A stretch of DNA of 52,377 bases from NCBI GenBank assembly GCA_000934665.2, contig JYFJ02000723.1, positions 62,001 to 114,377 of the forward strand. Reading direction: 5' to 3'. Both the position numbers and the translations under genes were made by a program. The DNA is from Catajapyx aquilonaris (taxonomy: Eukaryota). Below, piece by piece: positions 38,001 to 49,296 of this stretch; the stretch's first letter is position 1, and each line of letters opens with the position of its first letter. The notes under the pieces are model-generated. The model had not been told where the DNA came from. It was given only the letters and a program-made list of their open reading frames with translations, and did not search any database.

Positions 38001-40900
38001 CCCTCCCTTTCTGCTCCATCCTCTTCCTCTTCTTCCTCTTCTTCCACTTCCTCCTCTCCCTCCCCAACTTCCTCCTCCTCCTCCTCCTCCTCCTCCTCCT
38101 CTTCTTCATCTGTCACTATCTCCTGAACCACCATTTGGGATTGAAGTTGGCGCAGTTCTAAAATGAAACAAGCAGGCAAGAGGATCATAACTTTGATGCA
38201 AAAATCAAAGGCAAAATATGATTTCAAAATCTAATAGTCTAAATATAAATTATAGCCTACTATTAGATTTTAAAATCATTACATTAGTAAGGGAGTGAAG
38301 AGAGGGCTTTGATATTGGCAATTACATGTTTCTTTTGTTGGTCTTTTTTCCTTGATTTTTTACTATGGCTCACGTTTTGTTCAAATTCAAATGTTACTAC
38401 TATGATTGTGTCTTGACTGAATGCCTAAACCTTCAGCAAGGAGTAGAAAAATTAATTAATTAATTAATGAAAATTATAAAACTTCATTTCATATATAATC
38501 ATTCATATACTTATGAAATTACAGATGCTACTGATTTATTTTACTCCCAACACATGTCACCAAGCCTCCTTCTCCTCCACGGACTGTACTTGTTACCAAC
38601 CTAACCTCACAAACATGGGCACCACTGTCACCATTAATATAGTCAACGCTGTTCCTTCCTGCCTGTGACAGGGAAATATGCAGTGTGTCAATGAACACTC
38701 AGATAATTAATAATTTATATCACAAATGTATGCCATATGATTTAATTACAACAATGTTTGTGATACCACGTGTGAGGTTAGGTTGGTAAAAAGTACAGTC
38801 CCTGGAGGGGATGATGGGTGGAGAGAAGGGGACTTGGTGACGTGTGTTGGGAGTAAAATAAACCAGACAGTACATGTTATGAATTATCTTTGCTGAAATT
38901 CTTTCAGATATTCTAATGATTATCCTTCTACAACTATTTTAGGGGGGTGATTATAGGGGGTGAGTAATAAAGTAATATGGATATTTTTTTATCAACACAA
39001 AATTACAAATGAGATTGCAAACCCCATTTTCACTTTTCTACGTATAGTTCCCACCATGCTCAATGCAGGCATGCCAGTGCTTCAACCGGCTTCAACCCAG
39101 CCTGGATTCTCCAGAAAAAAGAAAAAAAAAAATCCAACCGACTACACAGGCTACTACTACAGGTTTCTCACCCTCACCACTAAAAAAGCTGACATGCTTA
39201 TGTGAACATGTGTCTAACAAGGGATGGCATAACACATGATCGTGTATGTGCTGCACAAGTCTACTGCTCAATTTGGAATTTTTATTGTACTTTTTGACTT
39301 GCCCTCATAAAAAGCTAAGCAAGGGGTATGCATACCTCTGGATTCATCATCCGAGTCACTTCTTCCCCTGCCTCTGGCTTCACTTGCAACCTCTTGATCA
39401 TCTCCACCCTTCCTCTGCTCCCTACTTCTAGATCTGTTCCTCATGTCCCCTGCTCCACTCTTCCCCCCTCTGCCCTTGTCAGCAATCTCTTTCTCCAGGT
39501 ACCTTCTCTGCCTCCTGGCCTCCAGCTCCCGTCGATAGCTCTCCTTCTGCCTGTCTGCTTGCAGGAACCTCTCCTTGCGTCTGTCCCTCTCCACCTTCTC
39601 TGCCCTCTCGCGCATGATCTCTTCTTCTGATTTCCTCTCTTTTTCCACTCCTCCACTCCCTCCTCCTCCTCTCTCCCCACCTCCCTTGCTGCTGCTGCTG
39701 CTCCTTTCAGCTACTGCCTTCTCCCACTCGCTTCTCCGTTCCCTGCGCTCCAACTTCTCCCTCAGGTCTTCTACTCCACCACCTCCCCCTCCACCTCTCC
39801 AATCTCGCTCCAGCTGGACTTCCACCTGCTTCCGTCCCATTCGCTCATGCTTCTCACGCTCTCTAAAAGCAAGGCTGCATCCAACAGATGAAAAAGTCAG
39901 TTTTTGTCTTAAAGATTATGCAAGATAGTGATTTTAAATCGAATTATGTGTTACGATTAATATGTTGTGTTTATTCTAATTTATAGGGACATTCATTTTG
40001 CTTAGGCCTTTTTTTTCGCTGTCTTCATCTACGACTATTTTCCCTTCCATTGCAACGAATTGGTATAAATTGTCAGTCTGATGAAGCATTCAATTTTTGC
40101 ATGCATGGATGATTCCCCAATCTTATAAACAATGCTTCTCTTTACATCACAATAGTTCCTACAGTTTACTTGGGCTAAACTCCAAAGTAAAGGCCAATTT
40201 CATGAAAAATTTATCATTATATATTATGCAAAACCACTTGATTCCCATTTTTCTTTTGATTGCAATACACCAAGAGATGCATAACGGAACTCCAATGCAG
40301 ACCAACACAAACATCACTCTTTTTTCAGGTTCATTGCACGTCTTACCGATGATGTTTCCCTCTATCCCTGTGCCTGTCTTCACGATGCCTGTGTTCTCTG
40401 AGCTGGTGTCTTTCCTTCCGGTGAAGTTCCTTCAGGCTGTGGCGCTCATACTCTCCTCTGCTTCCGCCGCCTCCTCCAGACGAACCTCTGCCGTCCCCAC
40501 CTCCGGACCCTTGTTTGCGCCCCCCACTTGACGACGACCCCCTGTCCTTGTTACTCCGGCGCAGAAGAGCCGCTTGTGGTGGCTTAATCTCCAGTGAATC
40601 TGTCGTGTCTTCCTCTTCTTCTTCAACCTCCTCCTCTTCCTCCGAGCTTATACTAAAATTTGAAACATAATCACCCATGTCCACCTGCGTGCGCAGTGAT
40701 ACGTACTCTTCCATCATTTCTCCCGGTGCGACTGTTGTGGCGTGCCTTCCCCTAGGCGAGGGCCTGCTGGTTCCTCCTCCGGTCGCTCCTGCCCCCGGGC
40801 CGCCCCCCCTGCCCGTAGCCTGCTGTGCCTCTGGGCTCCTCTTTATCTCCCCATCCTCGCTCGAGTTCTCATCCAAATCCACCAACTCCACATCCGCCAT
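35078..40900 (-). CDS. CDK11: Cyclin-dependent kinase 11 (PITSLRE)
   Basis: Exons (-) 40900-40347, 39862-39336, 38157-37518, 37141-36481, 36210-36016 (GC donor), 35305-35078. RE-rich N-terminus, poly-E tract, [63 protein letters not shown]-terminal [10 protein letters not shown]...GFSLKF. Confidence 0.97.
35745..35896. mobile_element. Tigger/pogo-like MITE in the last CDK11 intron
   Basis: TA|CAGTAAAATCTCGATA ... TATCGAGGTTTTACTG|TA inverted termini with TA duplication. Confidence 0.8.
38531..38866. mobile_element. MITE or inverted-repeat element in CDK11 intron 2
   Basis: Arms of roughly 80-95 bp: TTTATTTTACTCCCAACACATGTCACCAAG...GGACTGTACT..TACCAACCTAACCTCACA versus TGTGAGGTTAGGTTGGTA..AGTACAGTCC...CTTGGTGACGTGTGTTGGGAGTAAAATAAA. 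TSD and superfamily not resolved. Confidence 0.75.
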
Positions 40901-41444
40901 CGCTTCTTCTTCCCACGGTCTGCAAATTAATCTTGTTGCTTCTGCAGACCTGAACAGCACGGAATTCGCAGCAAGTCGGACGAAAATCAACGCAAAATGA
41001 AACGACGCTCACGAAACACCGACGAACAATGGACTGTCGGATGGACGATTACCAGTAGCAACATCGATACAGTAACCGGTCAAATTGATGCCAGTAGTTA
41101 CAGTCGATACTACTTTTCAAAATAAACGCGCCAAATGCTAGCCTTTATACTTTTCTGAAATTAATAAATGCTTATTTTTCTGTAAAAGGTCATTACATCA
41201 TGGCATGTCCCAAAAATTAGGTAGTCAGCGACGACTAGTGTGTACACTCCATAATTATAGTACACATTATTCATAGTCCTCCCCACAAAATAGAACTACG
41301 TTCTCTGAGGGATAAAAGATTAGATTTGAAATTAATAAAATAATGTGGGTTCACATTAAAAAAGGGAAGTAAAAATATCTGAAAAATGAGTGATGCCACA
41401 CAACATGTTGCTCATGATTTTTATCGGCCATATTATGTAGTTCA

Positions 41445-43525
41445 CTATCCTTGCAAAAAGGCAAGGAAATTGGCAGGGCTTGATGCGACCAGTTCGGGTT
41501 GCCAACCAATTCTGATGCTGAGGGTTGACCTGAGGAAATCAGACACGTGGCTTGGGAGCCGTCCTGACTTGACCACTGTCTGCAAGGCCTTCTGCGACTT
41601 GTCGTCCCACTGTGGAGTCCAGTATATTATTTCGCATGCACTCATTTGGCTCTGGATGCATCCCATGTCCTCCACTTGCACTCCAGGAAGCTTTTCTGTG
41701 AAGTAACAAAATATTAAGACCTATTGCATAGAACGAATCATGTGACAAATATTTACCTATGATCTGAGGCAATATCTGCTTGAGTTTGGCCAAAAAGGTG
41801 TGGTTACTATGGCGTCCCAGCAGCCTCATGGCCTGGAGAGCTTTCTTCGGGACCATTTCTCCCAGGAGAAGACATGGAAGTGATGATATCCAGTGGTCCA
41901 AGCCGTTATACCTGGAAGAAAAATACTGAACATGAGGACTTGCAATATACAATTACGATACATAAAAAAACAACAAAAAAACTGGCATTGCGTGTTCATG
42001 AAACAGTAGTATAAAAATTATCAATTAAAATATGGGCTCACATGTTGTGTTGACCTCCAAGAATCAGTTCACAAAACAAATCAAAGTAATGTGACCGTTC
42101 AGCTTTGCTGGGATTCATCTCGTCAAATTGTTTCAGAGTTGCTTTCAACACAGGGTTCTCCTCCCGTTGATTCCTTGGCCACTTTAGTATGAGAGTCAGT
42201 GCTTGTAGTAGTGCTTTGGACTCGTCCTGGGTCTTCCGGCCCCCATTCTCCAGGCATTCCAAAACGTAAGTCTCCAGCCTGCTGTCTGGTTTCTTCAGTG
42301 TCAAGCAGAGCTGGATTAAGGCCAGATTCAGACTGAAACATCTCACTTCAGTCCCTAAATCCATTCCTTGCTTCTTCCCCTTGGACTTCTTACTCCTCTG
42401 GACAAATGCGTATGGAAACATGCGAATAAGATGTTGGCTTAAGTCGGCCCAGAATGTGTCACTGATCCATTCCAGAAGAGTGTGTGCATCACCTGCTTTC
42501 TCAAGTTGTTTGGCATGTCTGCACATCTGCAGAAGTGTTTCCACCACACTTAACATCATGTGTGCTGCGTCTTCAGCTTCCTCACCTTCAGATGCTGCTT
42601 GCATGGCTTCTACCCATGCTTGGCACATCACAGGTATGATCAAAGTGCAGAACGTCTTCAAGTCAGCTTCTCCAGGCACATCGCTTTCTACTTTTTGATT
42701 GTGTATGAAACCGCCAGTCCACAGGGGTTGCGATGGGAAGGGAATGTACACAATGCTTCCATTGTCCTCCCACTTCACATGCTCAATCTCATCTTGCTGC
42801 ACCTCTTCAGGCACCATTATGGCTTGAAGAAACTTGTGAAGCATCTCCAACACCTGTCTTCGCCACTGCAACGATGTAAGCTTTGCCTCAGGACGTACTA
42901 GTAACAAGCGGGCTTGAGCAGAACCATCCTTGCTTTGAGACAGCTGATCCAAGAAGTGTGGGAGGATGCGGCTCCAACCATGGGCTAGGATCTTGGGGTG
43001 TGAATCCAGAATAATTCGGAGAAGATCAAGCGAGTCACGCTGAACATTAGGATCAATATGCGTCATGGCGCAACTAAGCTGAGCCGACAGCAGTGGCGCA
43101 AAGGGCCCCAGGGTTTCATCCGATATGGCAGGGAGGGCCACCCTTAGCGCCTTTACAGCTCCTGATCTCACCCCTGAGTCCGTATCAAGCAGCAAGGCTC
43201 CAGCCCTCTCAATAACAATTCCAATCTGCCCTTTGTTAGCGACCAGAAAATCAGGGTTGCGCTTGAGCAGGTCCAGCAGCGACTTGGCAGCATCTTCCCT
43301 CGCCCCAGAGCTGTAATGCTGCAGCTGTTTGATCACATCCCGCAGCTTCTTGGCGTCATCAGATCTCAGTTCATCCGCTGATATCTGCTCCTTCACCACG
43401 ATCTTCTTCGCCCTGAACGAAGTGTCTGTCACGTTCAGTCCTTTTGGCAGCTTACGTCCTGCTTTCAGCTTCAACTTGGACTTCTCCTGCTTGCGAAGCT
43501 TCTTGTGACGGACGCTCTTCGTCAT
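41445..43525 (-). CDS. TEX10: Testis-expressed protein 10 / Ipi1 homolog (rixosome, pre-60S processing)
   Basis: Exons (-) 43525-42042, 41911-41757, 41695-41445. N-terminal KLKLKAGRKLPKGLNVTDTSFRAKKI and the Ipi1_N motif LSCAMTHIDPNVQRDSLDLL, followed by helical HEAT-like sequence. Confidence 0.9.
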
Positions 43526-43939
43526 CTTGGTGCTTCTACTCTCCAAACGACGGGAATCAAAACGTGCGACTTGTTTTATCTTACGGACAAAACAACGTGT
43601 GTGAACGTGGGCGGCGCCATTTTAAATATCAGGTGGTCGTAATTAACGTAGCAGCGACCAAGTAGCTGCTTTTGCAGGATTGTCAGCTGCATCTGCTCAC
43701 TTTTCTTAATCAAATTAAAATAACATTGTAATTAGCGATATTTTTAACACATGTAATTACAATACATGCGTAGACATGTAGGATTACAGCTATTGACATT
43801 TTATAAATATGGTCCTTCAACTGGTCACCAGTCAGCTCAAGTCAAAGATGGCGCTCTCTAAGCTGCGATGAAAATAATAATGTGAGCATCTGACTATTTT
43901 TTTCGCAATAATTTCCATTGAGTTGAGAGTGACAATGCG
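43526..43939. promoter_or_regulatory. Short bidirectional promoter between TEX10 and FBXL4
   Basis: Start codons 414 bp apart, head to head; outward-facing YY1-type motifs (CGCCATTTT ~43615 and AAGATGGCG ~43845). Confidence 0.65.
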
Positions 43940-46900
43940 ATGGCGTCCTCCTCTCGCACGTCCCTGTCTCATGCGGAGAATGGAGCGGCGCTGATGGGAC
44001 GGGATGACGGGGAGCAGCTGGTGGAGCAGTGGGCCAGCGTGGCCTTGGACTTCAGCTCCCAGTACGGGAGTGACTCCAGCCTCACATACAGTGCACACAA
44101 TCTGACTGGACAGCCAACAAAGTTCCCCTGCTATGGAGACTACCCTCAGACATTTGCCACAGTAATAACCCAGAATATGTAGCATGCGTGTGTTTTAGAA
44201 TTGGGTTCTCATCCGTACATTGTCAACGTACATGCAATTGCAACAGTTTCGTGCACCAAGATGTAAATATTATTTAACTGGCTCTATACACTGTGACACC
44301 AAATGTCATGGCAACTGAGATGAAATATTACTGCAGTATAACCTCGATTATATGTCACCAAGGGATCACCATAAAGGTCGAATAATCCAAGGAGCAAAGA
44401 AATCTTTACTGAAACACAACAAAACATATATGAAAACATGAAATAATGTGCAATATTACGCTTTTCTAAGAAATACTAATATTTTACAGACTCGGCTGTA
44501 CTCTATTTACAATTTAACCCTGGAACCATGATGTGGGGTCTTTTAGGACCCCGTCCATATTTTAATTTTAATTAATTTTTATATAATACTTTTAAATGTA
44601 TTGACCATATGTAATCATTCTTTGAACAATGCCTAAAATGATCGCTAATTCAAAGTAAACATGCACTTCCTGTTATATACCGGTACTTTAAACAAAAAGA
44701 GGCAATAGTTCATTGTAATTATAATTTTAATGCATTTTATTAATTCCTTTGGAGTCCTAACAGATCCCACGTCATGGTTCCAGGGTTAGGGGCCGTCCAT
44801 AATCCGCGCGGACAAGTGAAGGGGGGGAGGAGGGTTGCACTTTGTCCGCTTTTGTCCGTACAGGGGGGTGGGGGTAGAAGGTAGTTGTACGCGCGGACAA
44901 TAAACGTCAAATGAATATTAAGGACTTGGCCGTTTTTTGAGTCGGACCTCTCAAATATACCGTAATGCCTCTGAAAAAAGGAATTTGTGTGTAGATATAA
45001 AAAAATANGGGGGGTCAAGGAGGCCATGTCCGCGCAATTTTTAGGGGGGGAGGTAAGAAATTGTCCGCTTCTGTCCGCAAAGGGGAGGGGGGGAGGTAAA
45101 AAAGTGAAAAAATCTGTCCGCGCGGATTATGGACGGCCCCTTAACAAAGGCAATACGAAACAAATAGGTAGTACTTTTACAGTATTTGATGAGAAAGCAT
45201 AGATTTATTGCCGGAGCTGGACGGTCGGATAATTGGGGTTATTACAGACGTGAACTAAATTCTAAGACACACCCTATAATGTATTTTATAATCCTACTTT
45301 ACACTCGAGGTACACACAATGTATTTTTGTAATTGTTTCAGAGGGTATATGGTGAATGGTGGAGATGCCTTCCGTCTCATCCTGCTCCGATGGGGACAGT
45401 CCATCCAACAGACAGACCTGAATCGGATGACTTTTTTGATTTGGAGTATGAGCAGGAGGTTTATCCCCAGAGGGTATGCATATTTGAGACGTACAATCCT
45501 GGAGCAGTGGTACGGATATGGGCTAAGAGCACCTCTGGTTCAGGAAGGGATGGTTGTTCGTGGGCTCTATTGTGGGAGGAGAAGCCCACGAAGGTGGCTC
45601 AAGAGACACGGATATTTTCACCCTCACTCCGCAAGATTGGATTTCCAACCAGGTAGGTGTGGTGATAGTTCTGCATGATTTTTCCTTGCCTGAAGCATAA
45701 TTACATAAATGGTTTCATTTGCTAGGTGTCTTCGCATTGAACTGAACCAACGTCATCTGGACTACTACACTGAAATTGATGCAGTGCTGTTGGTTGGCAT
45801 GCCAGTTGATACTCCTGGAGGAAGGTTTCCTTCTGGGAAAAGAAAGGTGGGTCAGCTTACCAACCACCTGTTTTCTATGGGCTTCCACCACATTCCAAAC
45901 GTGGATGTTGCACAAGTGAGCCTGGAGTTTCTCCAGCCTGAGATTCTTGCAAGGTTCCGGTCACTCAGGACGAGGGAGGACGAATCGGATCATGTGGAAG
46001 AAGTTCAGAATGGCGGAAGAGATTGGCTCAGTTGGTTTCCTGTAAGTTGCAAACAATGCAATTTTGCCAGCATTCTTCTCATTATCATTAATTAATGAAT
46101 ATTTCTCCACCCAATAACAGAGGGAGATAATCCTGAAGGTGTTTGGCTACCTGGACCTGGCCTCGCTCCTTAATTGCTCTCAAGTGTGCAGGCGCTTCCA
46201 CCACCTATCTGCTGACCCTTGGCTTTATGTCAATGTGGATCTACGAAACTACTGGTACTGCGTCAACCGCCAGTGTATTCGCGAGTTCCTTCCAAAGTGC
46301 ACTTTGCTCCAGGGACTTGATCTTTCCTGGTGTGGGAGTTACGATCGCCTGGACTCAGAGACGTTCAACTCTTTTGTCATGTCAGGTGATGCATCTGGTC
46401 TCACCCGACTTAGGCTGGACAACTGCCGATTTCTAGATGAACAGAGTTTGCTTCTCATTGCGCAGCACTGCCCCAGCCTTCATGGTAAGCTTGAGTTATA
46501 ATGATTTTGTGCGAAACACTGGGGTTTTATTTGGTTGGTTGTAATGGAGCAATTAAGAATTTTTTTAAACAAGTCACCATTCTTATTTGTAAAAGATGTG
46601 AGTAACAAGTGAGATTTTCTTCTTACTGTGAAACTTGACATAAGAAAAAGTTTGTACTTGCATTTTTTTACTTACAATTGGTTTATTTTTTATCTTTTAT
46701 TATTTTACAGAGCTAAGCCTTCGAAACTGCCGATATCTCTCACCACATGTTTTTGCACCCCTCGGACAACTGTCACGACTGAAACATCTGGATCTGTATC
46801 GAACATCGATTGATTTTTCGTCTCTCCGCTCGATTGTGGCAGGCAGCCGAGGGCAGTTGGTCACTTTAAATTTGGGTGCTTGTGTCATCCTCAACATGGA

Positions 46901-47481
46901 TGCTGCAGCTTCTCTTCTAGCTGAGAATTGCCAAGACAGCCTCCGCGCTCTTGATGTGTGGAAGACATTTGGGATGACGTCTGCTGGGGTGGCTGCATTA
47001 GCCCAATGTCGGCAACTGGAAGAGCTTGATCTTGGATGGTGGTGAGTGCAAATATCAAATAAAATATTTCTTGTAAAGCTTTAAATTTAGGCAAATACAT
47101 TCTGAATTTTCTTCATGGTTACTAAATATGTGTGCTATTTATTACAGCATGAGCCTTCCTTCTGGAACAGAGTGCCTGCAGACATTAGTGAGGTCATGTG
47201 TGGGCCTGAAGAAACTCAGCCTGACTGCTCTGCGAGTGGTGTCTAATGCCGACTTGCTTGCCATTGCATCCAACTGCCCCAAAATGGAGCAGCTTGATCT
47301 TCTGGGAAACTCAAAACTGTCCACGGACTTTGTGTGTCGAATCCTTTACTCGTGCCCCAGGCTCAGACTCCTCGACTTGAGTTATTGCATGAACATTCCA
47401 GAGTGGAATGTGGTACGGTGGAGGCAGGCTTTCCAGCACATTGAGATCAAGTACTCTTGCAACCTGGACGTGTGGCCTTAA
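43940..47481 (+). CDS. FBXL4: F-box/LRR-repeat protein 4
   Basis: Exons 43940-44161, 45342-45652, 45726-46041, 46121-46484, 46711-47041, 47148-47481. FBXL4-type N-domain (DFSSQYGS..YSAHNLTG..GDYPQTF; IFETYNPGAVVRIW; YYTEIDAVLLVG), F-box (FPREIILKVFGYLDLASLLNCSQVCRRF) and LRRs (LDLSWC, LEELDLGWC). Confidence 0.93.
44518..44785. mobile_element. piggyBac-type MITE in FBXL4 intron 1
   Basis: TTAA|CCCTGGAACCATGATGTGGG ... CCCACGTCATGGTTCCAGGG|TTA(A); CCC/GGG termini and TTAA target are piggyBac hallmarks. Confidence 0.85.
44789..45140. mobile_element. PIF/Harbinger-type MITE in FBXL4 intron 1
   Basis: Perfect 26-bp TIR GGGGCCGTCCATAATCCGCGCGGACA / TGTCCGCGCGGATTATGGACGGCCCC with TTA duplication (44786-44788, 45141-45143); internal TGTCCG sub-repeats. 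Confidence 0.9.
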
Positions 47482-47921
47482 AATGGATAACAACTTGTAA
47501 ATGTGCAATAATTGTTCTCACAAAATTTAATGCATGAGGCGTACCCGATAATTTCTGCTGACAGTTTGTATATAGCAACCAACTAACATTCCCAAAAATG
47601 GAATTAAGTTGGTTGATGTTCTGAACAGAAAACTTGGTTACAATCACTTCTTTTTGTAAGAGCCAATCATTGGATTAATTCTTGTCTGACTCGAGATCTT
47701 TGTAGTAGTGGAATTCCATTGACTTTGGAAGCCCATTGCCGCAGCAGGGAGTCTGTCCTAGGCTTGATGTGTATGATGATCTGGCTAACGCCATGCTTTC
47801 ATGGACATTATTGTTATTACCTGAGTTTGGTTAATGGACAAATGTGAATTGTAAAGTACTTGTTATTCAGGGAAGGAAGCTGTGTTCGTCACTACAATTA
47901 TTCTATTTTACAGATTACAAT

Positions 47922-48388
47922 AGGCGTATTCGGCAATTCAGATTATTCTGAGACGCGTCACGTGATATCTGAGTTGTTAGCCCTGCCCCTCAGAAGATTA
48001 TTGCCGAACGGCCGAACTGAGAGACCCCCCTACCCGCCATTTGTGCTGCATCCCAGTGATATGCCAATGTTCGGGTATTTCGGTGCCGTATTTCGGACGC
48101 TTGCGGGTAATGGTGCGGGTAAAATGAAAATCCGGGTAAAATCGGGTATTTTCAGGTCCTCTCGCGGGGTTTTTGGTCATTTTGCATTGGCAACACTGCT
48201 GCATCCATAACAATAATTTGTTTGTTAATTGTTTCTCAGCAAGTAAGTCAGGTCAGGAGTACACTAAGTTCCTGAGCTTGGGAAGTCAGGTAGGGCGCAT
48301 GCGCACTTACTTCAGGGGGCATGGCACCTGATTTGCCGAACATCCAAACAGCCCAGGAAGTCAGATTCCTGAATTGCCGAATACGCCT
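47922..48388. mobile_element. MITE with a 3-bp AAT target duplication (PIF/Harbinger-related)
   Basis: Perfect 20-bp TIR AGGCGTATTCGGCAATTCAG / CTGAATTGCCGAATACGCCT flanked by AAT (47919-47921, 48389-48391). Confidence 0.85.
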
Positions 48389-49296
48389 AATATAAATATG
48401 ACATTATTATAGATTGTAAATTATATTGTTGAATGTTGATGAATGTAAAATAATAAAAACAAGCGTTCAATATTGTTATTCATTTTTGAAGACAGAGTTT
48501 GACATGGTGAAGTACAGGAAGATTTTTCTGGTATTCAGTGTCAAGATCTGTATGTAGTAGTAGTAGTAGTCCAATTAGATGCTATGTATAATTATGGTAT
48601 TTTTTCTGATAGATTATTGCAATTGAAAGTAAGATTGTAACTTTCAAAATGCCTTTTTGATTTCTCTTCTCTAAAGCCCATGACTTGTTATCCATGTTAT
48701 GGTGTCAACCTGCAATAGTGGACAACTTGATGGTTATTAATGAAAATGTAATGCACTCTATGCCGGATTGCTACTTGTTACAATAACACTTCAAAAACGT
48801 GCAACAAGCCTTCCAATCTGTAGTTAGCAAATAAATTTTTTTGACATCGTCCAAACGCAACTGCTTAGAAATATAAAGCAGCTTTGGGCGAAATCGGGCG
48901 AAATAAATAATCAATGCCGTATACAATTTATGAGAGCGCATGCGCAAGAACAGACCGAAAACCCCGCCAAAAGGTACGTACCCTACCGACAAAAACTACT
49001 ACTCTAATCTCCTTTAGCAGAAAAATGCGGCAATAGTTAAGTATAAAATTGAGTGGAAAATAAATGCATCCTGATAAACACTTGCGAATGTAAAATATTA
49101 TTTTAAACATTTTCTATGTTTCCAAATGTTGCCGGCAACCTTGTTCGGAACCGACGATTGTTAATAGCAACAGCACACCCGATAGAACCGTCAGTTACGC
49201 TTCAGTGGACGGACGTTCTGGCTTTAATTTATCCTCCTGTTTATTTATAGTCGTAATTGCTAGATACAACAACCAGCTCAGCCGTGCTTCTAGACT

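Noticed and set aside
37636..41000. Poly-Pro, poly-Ser and poly-Arg ORFs
   Set aside because: Alternate or antisense frames of the CDK11 low-complexity regions.
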